Shown here: piece by piece, positions 15,967 to 27,500 of the stretch
Layout: every line of letters starts with the position of its first letter
How positions within the stretch are numbered: position 1 is the stretch's first letter
Source: a virus
Lineage: Duplodnaviria > Caudoviricetes
Length of the DNA: 29,090 bases
IMG/VR virus record: IMGVR_UViG_3300020044_006004
Coordinates: 1-29,090 of that record
Direction: 5' to 3' (one strand)
Translations under genes and position numbers: made by a program
Notes under the pieces: model-generated
Seen by the model: only the letters and a program-made list of their open reading frames with translations
What the model was told of the DNA's origin: nothing
Databases searched by the model: none

Positions 15967-18554
15967 GAGTTCCAGAATATCAGCAATCCGTTTCACAACA
16001 AGGTCTACCTGATGCTAGGCAAACGACTCACTATACAGCTGATGATTTCATGGGTGGCACAGAGAAAGCCGCTCTGGGTTATGGTGTAGAACTAACCGGT
16101 AACCTAGCCCATGATGCACAGAAAGTAGCGGTTAAGCATTATGAGGATCAGTTAAAGCAGGCGCGTGATGCCAGGGTCTTAGATGCTAACACTAAGATGA
16201 TGACGCATATACAAGATGCCATGTATGGTCCGAATGGTGCGTTAAACAAAACAGGCGAGGCAGCTTTCTTAGGCTCGGATGGCAAGACGGTATCCGATAT
16301 TGCTTTTGATGGCATGGTCAAGCAGCAGCAGGCTATCTCAGATACTTTGGGCGATGATGAACAGAAGTCCATGTTCAATGCACACTCCTCTAATCAACTG
16401 ATGTCCATGCGCTTACAGCTAATGGGGCATGAGGCTGAACAGCATCGCGTCTATGTCAAGTCTACGTTAGAGTCTAATACGGCTGCTCAGGTTAATTACA
16501 TCGGTCTTAACTACAACGACAATGATGGCATAACTAAGTCCATCGATCAGATCAAGCTCAATAGTGCGCAACTAGCGAAAACCAATGGCCAAGGCGCAGA
16601 GGCCGGAGATGTGATTGCTCAGACACATATCTCAGGTGCTTTGAATAAAGTAATTAACAGTGCGCTGGATAAGGGTGATTTTGCAACGGCACACAATGTT
16701 TTAAAAAACTTTGCGCCTAATATGAATACCGATGACTTGACGACTGCCTATTCAAAAATAGCAAAAGGTAAAGGTGAGGCAACTGCATTAAGCACAGCGT
16801 TCAGTACCGTTGAGCGCATGAAGCCACAAACAATGCCTAATGAAGGTGATCGTGCATTCAATATATTGTTAGGATCAGAATCATCGACTGGACAATACTC
16901 AAAAGATACTAAGTTTTATGGGTTGCGAACTGATGGTACAGCCAAAGGAGAAGGCTATCTTGGTGTGCTAAAGCGTCCTGATGGCGGTGTAATGACTGAA
17001 TACAGTGTTGGTGTAAAGATTAACGGCAAAGAAATGGACATTCCCTCTATTGTGCCAACACTCAACAAGGATGAAGTTAATCAAATACTCAACCTGAAAG
17101 ATGGAGAGCTACCATCAGATGCCATTATAACTAAGGCAACAGCATTTGCTAAAAGTAGAATTGCTAAAGGACTCCCAGTATTCCACGACACACCCGAACC
17201 TGTGACCAGTCCTAAAGGCGCTGTGGGTGCCGCTCAAGTTAAGAAAGATACCGGCCCAGAAGCGGCTGCATTAGCTGGCTTGCCTTGGGATGAAAATAAG
17301 TGGAAGTATGATGAAGCCTATAACATAGCAATCGGTAAGGCATATTTTCAAAAGCAACTGCAAGACAATAATGGGGACTTAGAAAAGGCTTATGCGGCTT
17401 ATAACGGAGGCCCTAGCGCATTGAAAACCGCTATTGCTAATGCTAAAGATGGTAATTGGTTAGCATTGATGGAACCTGAAACTATAGATTACGTTGCTAA
17501 GAATCTAACTAAATTTAATGCAGGAAAAGGAAAGCCTGCGCCACCGACTAAACAAGATGTGGTTTATGCGGCTATTAATGCATTGCCTGCTGGCTCATCG
17601 GCTGATGTTGTTAAGGCGACTATGCAGAATGCTGAACATTTATTCGAGTTACAAACGCAAGCAACCAAGCAAAATGAAGAATCTGTAGTTGCTCAGATGT
17701 ACACTGCTTTGAGTAAGAATGGAGGCGATCTTAATGCAATACCTCAATCATTAAGAGATCAAATACCTGGCGATAAGCTTAATGCTATCCAAAACTTTGC
17801 TGAGTCACAAGGAAAAGGAAGAGAGCATTCTGATCTCGCTGTCTACAACTATTTAGTCGAGAATCCAAATTATTTATTAAGTCTTACACCTGACCAGTTT
17901 GTTGCTTATCGTAATGATCTTAGCGAGTCAGATTGGCATAGCCTACAAAAACAACGTGAAAGTTTAAAGAACCCATCAGCCGCAGACTCGCCAGACAACT
18001 TGGACACGCAAGCTGTTAATTCAGTCACCAACAATTTGCTGAGTCAGTTAAATATTGATACCACGCCAAAAGATACTGATGAGGCTGGCAAAGCACGGCT
18101 TGGCACTATCAGAAAATACATTAATGATTCCTTACTTAGCCAACAAGCTCAAACTGGTAAGAAATTTAAAGAGGCTGAGATCAATAAATATGTTACCGGC
18201 CTGTTTGCAAAAGACGTATCGCTGAAGAAAACAATATTTGGTTTCATTTCACATGGCACAAAAAAACAACCCCTCTTCCTAACTAAAGCTGACGAGATTC
18301 CATCAGATACTAGAGATGGCATAATAGCAGAATTTAAAAAACGTGGCGTCGATGATCCAACTGATGGTCAGATTCTCGGTAGGTACTTCAACGATCCAAA
18401 TGGCACAAAAAACAAACAACTCTTACCAACTAAAGCTGACGAGATTCCATTAGACACTAGAGATAGCATAATAGCAGCATTTAAAGAACATGGCATCGAT
18501 CATCCAACTGATGGACAGGTCCTTGGTAGTTACTTAAAAGGTATGGGTAAATAA
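15963..18554 (+). CDS. Ejection protein with lytic transglycosylase (SLT) domain
   Basis: MRVP.Y start (ATGA overlap); SLT motifs ESS, SPKGAVGAAQV, YN..IG..Y, AYAAYNGGP, ET..YV. Confidence 0.85.
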   Translation: MRVPEYQQSVSQQGLPDARQTTHYTADDFMGGTEKAALGYGVELTGNLAHDAQKVAVKHYEDQLKQARDARVLDANTKMMTHIQDAMYGPNGALNKTGEAAFLGSDGKTVSDIAFDGMVKQQQAISDTLGDDEQKSMFNAHSSNQLMSMRLQLMGHEAEQHRVYVKSTLESNTAAQVNYIGLNYNDNDGITKSIDQIKLNSAQLAKTNGQGAEAGDVIAQTHISGALNKVINSALDKGDFATAHNVLKNFAPNMNTDDLTTAYSKIAKGKGEATALSTAFSTVERMKPQTMPNEGDRAFNILLGSESSTGQYSKDTKFYGLRTDGTAKGEGYLGVLKRPDGGVMTEYSVGVKINGKEMDIPSIVPTLNKDEVNQILNLKDGELPSDAIITKATAFAKSRIAKGLPVFHDTPEPVTSPKGAVGAAQVKKDTGPEAAALAGLPWDENKWKYDEAYNIAIGKAYFQKQLQDNNGDLEKAYAAYNGGPSALKTAIANAKDGNWLALMEPETIDYVAKNLTKFNAGKGKPAPPTKQDVVYAAINALPAGSSADVVKATMQNAEHLFELQTQATKQNEESVVAQMYTALSKNGGDLNAIPQSLRDQIPGDKLNAIQNFAESQGKGREHSDLAVYNYLVENPNYLLSLTPDQFVAYRNDLSESDWHSLQKQRESLKNPSAADSPDNLDTQAVNSVTNNLLSQLNIDTTPKDTDEAGKARLGTIRKYINDSLLSQQAQTGKKFKEAEINKYVTGLFAKDVSLKKTIFGFISHGTKKQPLFLTKADEIPSDTRDGIIAEFKKRGVDDPTDGQILGRYFNDPNGTKNKQLLPTKADEIPLDTRDSIIAAFKEHGIDHPTDGQVLGSYLKGMGK
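18252..18539 (+). repeat. In-frame tandem duplication, 147-bp period, two copies, at the C-terminus of the SLT protein
   Basis: Copies start at 18252 and 18399; by hand 22 mismatches in 141 nt; TKADEIP.DTRD.IIA.FK..G.D.PTDGQ.LG.Y twice. Confidence 0.95.
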
Positions 18555-21500
18555 TGGAAGATAATCAATTTGATGCTGATGCGGCCGTCTCTAGTTTTTT
18601 AGAAGGCAACAAAGTCACCGCAGCTCGCGCTGGGGTAATGACATCGGCTAATGCTGATGCAGACTATGAAGCGCATATTAAAGCAGTAGCACAGCGAAAT
18701 GGCGTACCTGTTGATACTGTTCGTGAACATCCTGAAGAAATGAATACTCAGGACAAATTAGGTGCCATTGATTTTGATGAATTGGCAACTAAAAATCCGG
18801 TGACTACCAGTACATTAGGCAATCTTGATAAAGCTAAGATTGTTCATGATGACATACCTAATCTTAGTACACTTGAGACAGCCTTACAGTTTGGTAAAAA
18901 TGCCGCCAGTACCTTAGCCGCAGGAGCTTATGCAGGAACAGCCGGTGCTTTGGGTGCGGTTGAAGCCGTTATGAAAAATACCGGTGATCTAGTTGATCCT
19001 TTGATTCCTGAAGGTTATAACCCATTATATAAGCAAGCAGAAGCGCTACAAGATTTACGACATAACCAAGAAGCCTGGCTAGATTATTATAAGCCGGGTG
19101 CAGAAACAATTTTAGGGAAAGGTCTTGTTTCAGGTGGCATGTCGTTGGCACAAAATGTGCCTTTGTTAGCTGCTGCAATCTATACCCGAAATCCTAGCCT
19201 AGTTCTCCCCACCATGACGGCTCAATCATTTGGTCAGTCTTATGGTGAAGATGTCGATAAAGGCATGAGTACACCGGCAGCGACCATTCATGCCGGTGCT
19301 AATGCAGCAATAGAATATGGTACAGAAGCATGGGGTATTAATAAATTATTTGGTGATCTTAATGCTGGTTCATCAATTCTTAAAACGATGATGCATCAAA
19401 TTGTGCCAGAAGTAGTGGGCGAACAAGCCGCAACTTTGTTGCAAGGGCTAAATGATTGGTTGGTTCATCATCCAGAGAAGCCGGTAAAAGATTACTTATC
19501 AACAATACCATCTAACGCGGCTGAAACTTTAGTCGCAACTATGGTAGGGATGGGTGGTAATACTGCTCTTTTAAAGACAGTTGAGGGGGTACAAAAAGTA
19601 TCCAACATTGACTTCAGTAAAGCTAAAAAGTCTGAGACTACTGCCCTCAACATCGAGCAACTTAATAAAGTAGTTGCCGCCAGTAAAGTTCTACAACGCG
19701 ATCCGACTATCATTCATGATTTTGCGACTGAAGTCTCTGAGAATGGTCCAGTACAGAATCTCTACATCAATGCTGAAACTTTAATGCAATCGGGTGTAGC
19801 TCAGAAATTGAGCGAGTTACTGCCCAGCATTACGGAAGAAAACATTGCTGAAGCCTTAGCGACTGGCGGTGAACTTAAGATACCTGTCGCTGACTATGTT
19901 ACCCATATTGCCGGTACAGACTTAGCGCCAGAGTTAGTCGATCATCTTCGTGTTGAGGGTGAAGACTATACCCGCGCTGAAGCCAAAGACTACATGACTA
20001 ATCATGCCTCAGAAATGCAAGCGCATGTTGAGCGTGTCATGGCAGAGAATCAGGTCACTGATGAGTTTAAGGCCTCTGCTGATCGAGTAAAGGCAAGTGT
20101 ACTTGAACAACTTAATAGTTTGGGTCGTTTTAGTAAAACCAAGAATGAGTTTGATGCGACTCTTTATACCGCTTATGTTACTACCCGTGCCAAGCAATTA
20201 GGTATTACACCGGAAGAAATGTACGAAAAGCATAAGGTTACTTTTGCTGCGGAGGGAATGGGTGGACAGCAATATGACCAAGGAAAACCTATAACCAATA
20301 CAACGGAGTTAGGTGATTTTAAAACAGGAGTGCCAGTATCATTCGATTTTTCTCATAACACAGCAAGTGCAACTGCTATTTTTGGTAAACCGAAAAAAGA
20401 TGCTCCTTATGATCGAGGCATAGAGCCGTCTGGTCGTTATGTCTCACAAGTAAAAGACGCGTCTAAAGTTGATACGTCAAGCGGCATTATGTCCGGCACA
20501 CTTTCCTTTAAAAACCCTTTGGTTTTAAATGTCGATACTTGGAAAAAAGACCTATTTAATCATTATAAAAAACGCGGCAAGGCATTAAGCAAGGCATTAA
20601 TTGCTGATGGGTATGATGGCGTTGTCACTATAGAGCATGATAGTAATCCCGCGAGATCATCTACCTCAGAAATTCTTGATCTCACAACTTTCGATGAAGA
20701 TAAGGCGCTTTATCAATCAGCAAATGACTCCCCGCGTTTAGCCCCTAATGGTAAACCGTCTAATCTTAACCCTATGCAATATGCCCAAGTTAGGACAGAA
20801 GCGTTTAAAAAGTGGTTTGGTGATTGGTTGTATAATCCTGAAATGGAAATGACACCGATAAATTTAGTTGATGACCCGAATATGCCTATTGATGGAGATG
20901 CTAAATCTCTAGGCACTTATTTACTTGGTAAGTATCGCAATTTAAGTGTTATTAATGCACAAAGCGGAAACGAAATAAGTATTTATCGTGTTGGCCTTTT
21001 AAGCTCTCTTAAGAATAGGAAGCCTTTAGCTAGGCGTTTGTATGCAATTCTTCCTCAGCTCTTAGAGCAGTCAGCTTATGCTGGGTATGAAGTAAATACA
21101 AAACTTGATACTAAACCAAATATTATTGGATATGAATCTTTCTATGCGCCAGTTTCAATAGATGGAAAAATTTATTCTGTAAGGATATTGGTTGATAGGG
21201 TAAAAGATGACGCACGTGGACGTGGTTATTATTACCATCAGATTGAAGATATAGCACTCGGCGACCCAGTTGGATCAACCCGTGGGCTACTCGATGCAGA
21301 GCAAGGAGCGTCGCCACCTGAATCGTCGAATGGTGCAATTACTTTAGGCCAACTTACAGGAAAAGTCAATAACAATGCGTCCAAAGTCGTTGATGAAAAC
21401 GGTGAGCCTTTGGTGGTTTATCATGGGACAGATAAATCTTTTGATTCATTCGATATTGAGGCTACTGCTAAAAATAGAACAGGAAATCCTACTGGTATCT

Positions 21501-24500
21501 ATTTAACTCCTTCAAAGGATGAAGCTAAATATTTTGGCAGTAATGTGTTCAATTTATTTGCAATAGCAGCAAATCCATATATTGAAGGAGAAAGCAAAGT
21601 TAATCAAAAAATGGCAAATACCTATGCACAAATATTAAAAGATAATTATCCGAATTATGGTGATGACTGGATTGATAACACCATTATTCCAGAATTTAAA
21701 AAGACAGGTCGATTCAAGGATATTCAAGGCGCTTTCAAAACAAGAGTAATGAAAGCTGGTGGTTTTGATTCATGGAAAGATGGCAGGCACATTGATGTAT
21801 TTGGACCTAACCAAATAAAATCCGCAACAGAAAACAACGGTGACTTTAATCAGAATGATGCAAATATTTATCATCAATCAAATAAAAACCTTGCCTTAGT
21901 TCATAACTTAAGCCTAGAGAATTTATTACACGCTAACAAATTAGGCGGCATACCAGTCCCCTCTGTTGCTGTAGTTAATAAAGATCACCCTATGGATGCG
22001 TTTGGTGAAATTACTTTAATTGCCAACAAAGACAATCTAGGTCCACAAGCCTCTGCAAAAAACAGATTCTTTAATGCAGACATCTATTCACCTCGCTATC
22101 CTGATGTTACTTATATAGGTGATCGACAAGCTATAGATGACGCTAACAGTAATCTATCTGAAGCAGCTAAGAAAATACAAGAGTCTGACGGTTCTTCATC
22201 TCGCATCACTGCTGACCGTTTAGAAGATGGTATTACTAAAGGACTACAGCGTAATCTTGCTTTGCAATACCAGTACCTAGAAAGTTTAGGTAAAGCTCCT
22301 GCTATAACCTACAAGCCAAAGACTAAAGTTCCTAAGGCTTTACAGAAGTTTATAAAAAGCGATATTGATCTTAGAGGAAAGGAGTTTTGGAAAGCTGCCA
22401 TTGATGATTGGACTGCTCGACATCCAGATGTATCTGCTGAAGATGTAGAATGGATTTCTGCTTCTATAAGAAGTGATGCTATTGATGCTATTGAAAAAGT
22501 ACGAAAAGAATCAAAGACTGGAAAAGTTATTGATATAAATGGATTGCGCACTAAAATTACAAGTAAGTTGGATTACGATAAATTTAGGCAATGGTTAACT
22601 GAAAACTATTCAAATCTAATCAAAGATGAAAAGATTTTTGATGGATATACTGACAATGGCAAGAAGTATCTGCCTCATAATTTAGATACTGTTGTTAAGT
22701 TAATGACCAAGTCGGTGCGTGGTGGCGAGAACTTTAACTACGGTGTTGGTTCAATCCGCGCTCATGCTGCCAAGCAATTTAAAACTATCAAATCGTTACA
22801 AGATGCTAGAGAGGATTTAATTAGCAAGGATAAGATGGATGAGCTGGCTGATGAGATAAAGTTAGAATTTGAATCACTAACTGAAGCCTTAGCACCTTAC
22901 AGAAATGAAGATGCTGGTTATTCTAATCAATCAAGTGAAGCCTTAGCTGACTTAGCATCTAAAGGATTGCGAGGATTTCAAGAGTATTATAAGGATGTGC
23001 CGGAAGATGTGATGAATGAAGTTTATGACTTCATGAATCAATTAAAGAATATGCCGTCGCATTATTTTGAGGGCAAGATCGGTAGGGCAGTAGGCATTCA
23101 TGAATTTGATGGCGCTATTGTTCCTAAAGGTAAAGGCTATGAAGCCGCTGTCTCTTTATTAAAAGAACGGGGCATAACAAACATTAAGCGTTATGATCCT
23201 AGAGTAGATGAATCAAGAGCAAAAGCACTTGGATCATTTAATGATTTATTTTTTCAAAACAATATTGAAAAAAACCGAGGTAGCTTCAACCCATCAACTA
23301 ACACCATCACAGCGTTAAAAGACGCTGACCTATCTACCATGCTCCATGAGATGGGGCATTACTTCTTTGAAGCCGATATTGCTTTAGCTTCTGAATTATC
23401 TTCATTACCTTTTATTTCAAAGGGTGAGCAAACCATTATTGATGATGTCTCTGCTTTGTTTACTTGGCATGGGCTACAAGGTGATATTCATGAGCAGTTA
23501 AACCAATGGCACACCATGAGCTTTGAAGAAAAGCGCTCATACCATGAGAAAACAGCCGAGTCCTTTGAGCATTATCTATTAACCGGCAAAGCACCGAGCC
23601 TTGAATTACAACGAGCATTCCAAACTTTTAGAAGTTGGTTGATTGGTGTCTACAAATCGATTAAAGATTTTATCAAAGCACATCCACAGGCAGGCACATT
23701 ATCACCGGAAATTCGTGCTGTGTTTGACAGGATGTTGGCCAGTGAAGAACAAATCAAATTAGCCGAGCAGGGTAGAAGCATGATGCCTCTGTTTGAGTCT
23801 GCCGAACAAGCCGGTATGACTGAGCAGGAGTTTGCTGAATACCAACAGCTCGGTGAAGATGCGACTAATGCCGCCATCAATGTACTATCCTCTAAGGCCA
23901 CTGGTGACATGCAATGGTTGAGTAATGCCAGAGCTAAGTCATTAAAGAAAATGCAACGTCAGCATGATGAATTGCGTCGCAATGTACGCAGTGAAGTCCG
24001 CACCAAAGTAATGAGCCAGCCGATCTATCAAGCATGGTCATTCTTAACCCGTAAGTTATCGAAAGACGACAAGATCAATCCGCAAGAGCGGCCAAAGTCT
24101 AATCCTAATTATGTGGATGAAAGCCAAGATACTTTGTTTGTTGCCATTGCTAAGTTAGGTGGCTTAAGGCGTGATGATATTGAAAGTGAATGGGGATTGG
24201 ACCCTGCAACCCGTAGTCCTATGCCGGTATTTGGCAAGCATGTCTTACGAAGAAAGGGCGGGATGGCTATTGATGATATGGGTCAACGACTCATGGAGCA
24301 TGGCTATCTAACACCGGATGAGCATGGTAAGTTTTGGCAGGGAGAATTTGAAGAAAAGTTTAATAATGAACTGCGTGGACAACTGGAATACTCAACCGCT
24401 TTTGCCTCAGATGTGTTTGCAGAAGAAGGTAAGGCGGGACAACAGGTTGCCAATCCTTGGGCCTTGAGTGCAGGCAGAATTGAACTATCAGCGTTAAAAG

Positions 24501-27500
24501 GCATGATGCTACCGCCTGAGATTGAGCAGCGCATCATTGACCTAAAGATGACCGCTAAACATGGTTTGGATGCCGACATTGTTTCAGATATTATTCCAGG
24601 CTTTAGTTCTGGTGATGAGTTAGTAAGAGCTATTGCCGGTGCTGAAAACCCGCGTGATCTTGTTGAACGACTAACCGATCAGACTATGCTTGAGCGTCAC
24701 AGTGAATTAGCGACACCGGAGGCTATTCAGAAAGCGGCTGATGAGGCGATTCATAATGATGTAAGGGCAAGGTTTATCACTCGTGAAGCAAATGCCTTAG
24801 CGCAAGCGACTGGCGGTACTAAATTACTTGCGTCTGCGGCAAGAGATTATGCAACAAACATTATTGGCAGATTGAAGATTCGCAACATTAAGCCGCATCA
24901 ATATACCTTGGCTGAAACAAGAGCTGCAAAGCTATCGGAGAAAGCCAGTAAAGACGGTGATTTGAAGAAAGCCGCAGCAGAGAAACGTAATCAAGCGATT
25001 AATTTATACGCAGCCAAGGCCGCTTATGATGCCTTAGATGAAGTTGATAAAATCCTGCGCTACTTTAAAAAGTTTAATGGTGACAATAAGAAAGTCGATA
25101 TTGAATACCTCGATCAGATTCGTGGCCTACTCGCTAAGTTTGATTTGCGCAAACAATCCGGTGCGCAGATTGATGAGACTGTCAGACTGCGTTCATGGGT
25201 GCAATCACGATTAGCAGAAGGTGAGCTTCCCATAGTTGCTGAAACCTTACTAAGTTCAGATGAGCGCAGAGCTTATGTCGCACAGATTGAAAGTCGTGAT
25301 GAAAATGGTGAGTTAGTTTATGCCGATGATGAAGAGCGCTTAAAACTGTTAGCTGATGCCATTGATAGAAGTGCTACACGTTCTTATAAAGAAGCCACCT
25401 TTGAAGAATTACAGGGCTTAAACGATACCATTAAACAGATAGAACACATAGGTAGACTTAAGAACAAATTACTGACCGCACAAGACAAGCGTAACTTCGA
25501 GGCTATTCGTGATGAGATCACTGATAGCATTATGGAGCATGGCGGTTTAGGTAATAAGAACACCCGAACACCCAATGACATCCTTGGAAAAGCCTTAGTA
25601 GGCATTAAGAGTTTTGGTGCAGATCATATCAAAGTTGCTACATGGGCAAGAATCATGGATGGTGGCTTAGATAATGGTCCTGTGTGGCGATTCTTGATTA
25701 AGCCGGCTAATGAACGTGCAACACAAGAAACATCAATGAGAGCTAAAGCCACAGCTGAATTAGATGCAATCTTGAGACCTATTTTAAAGAAGGCTTCTTA
25801 TTACGATAAAAGTCTTAAGGGTAAGTTCTTCGCTTCAATCGGTGACTCATTATTGTGGCAAGAGCGTTTCACTATATTACTTAATATGGGTAATGAATCG
25901 AACTTACAGCGATTACTGGCGGGTGGTATCTCTGGTAAGGTTGGGCAATTAACCATGAGTCAGATTCTCGATGTGGTCAATACCATGTCACCTGAAGAAA
26001 TCCATGCGGCTCAAGCAGTGTGGGATCACTTTGAATCTTATCGTCCTAAGATTGCTGAAAAAGAGTTAAGGGTTTCTGGTGTAGAACCTAAATGGATACC
26101 GATCCGTGCCATAGATATCAAAGCTAATGATGGCTCTATAGTTCACTTAAGAGGTGGTTACTATCCCGTTAAGTTTGATAGTCGCGTCAATATCCGAGCG
26201 GAAGCACATGCCTCAGCACAAGAAGCAAAAGACTTAATGAAGGCCAGCTATTCTGCGGCGACTACTAATCGATCGTTCACTAAAGAACGTGTTGAGGAAG
26301 TGCATGGAAGGCCTTTGTTGTTGAACATGACCGGCCTTTATTCCGGTGTTAATGATGTGATTCATGATTTGGCTTGGCATGAATGGGTGATTGATGCCAA
26401 TAAGATGTTGAGATCGTCCAAGATTGATGAGGCTATCCGAGCGTTTTACGGTCCAGAAGTTAAGAAACAATTTGATAACTGGCGTAATGATATTGTCGTA
26501 GGTCAACGTCGCTTAGATCATGGCATAGAGAAAGCAGCTGGTGTAGCACGACAGTTCGTTTCAGGTTCTGCTTTAACCTTTAACTTGTTATCAGCCGCTA
26601 TGCAGCCTTTAGGTTTATCTAACTCGATAGCCAGAATTGGTGCTGAGTGGGTTGGTAAGGGTGTTGCTCGGTATGTTGCAAGTCCTATTCAAGCAACTCA
26701 AGAGGCACAAGAAAAGTCAGAATGGATGGCAAATCGTACCCGTACCCGTTTCCGTGAACTGAATGAGTTGCGTAATCAGGTGCAAGGCCAGACAGCATTA
26801 AAAGAAACAATGGGAAGGTATGGTTATTGGCTGATGATGAAGTCACAAATGACTGTTGACGTGCCGACTTGGTGGGGAGGTTATGAAAAAGGTATCGCTG
26901 AAGGCCATGATGATGCTACTGCGATTGCGTTAGCTGACCAAGGTGTTAAAGATTCGCAAGGTGGGGGTGAAGAGGTCGATCAGTCTGGTATCGAGCGTGG
27001 TCATGCTTTAGTTAAGTTATTTACGGCCTTCTATGGTTTCATGGGTACAACCCTTAATACCGCTGTTGGTTCAACCATCACTGAGAAAAGCAAAGCTAAA
27101 ATAGCGGCTAACTTATTATTAACACTAATGGTGCCTGCTGTCTTTGGAAGTTTATTGAGAGATGCGTTGACGCCAGATAGTGGCGATGACGATGAAGAAG
27201 GCCTGATTGAAAAGTTAATCCGCGAGCAGATCAGTTTCTTGATGGGCATGATTGCTTTTGGTCGTGAGTTTTCTCAGATGGCTAATCCAAAAAGCATGGG
27301 TTACTCAGGTCCTACCGGTCTTCGTGTTATACCTGATATATATCATTTGAAAGAACAGATAGCACAAGGTGAGTTTGATGACGCCTTCAGAAAACAATTT
27401 ATCAATGTGCTTGGTGATGTTACCGGCCTTCCTGCCGTACAAATAAACCGAACCATCACCGGCACGAAAGCGTTAGTTGAAGGTAAAACTGACAACCCTA

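Noticed and set aside
16908-17195. Intein in the transglycosylase
   Set aside because: No N-terminal Cys/Ser block A and no His-Asn followed by C/S/T at the end
18252-18539. Diversity-generating retroelement TR/VR pair, suggested by the BPP-1-like architecture
   Set aside because: Mismatches are not adenine-specific (11 have A in copy 2, 4 have A in copy 1, 7 involve no A), both copies are in one ORF, and no reverse transcriptase is in the window
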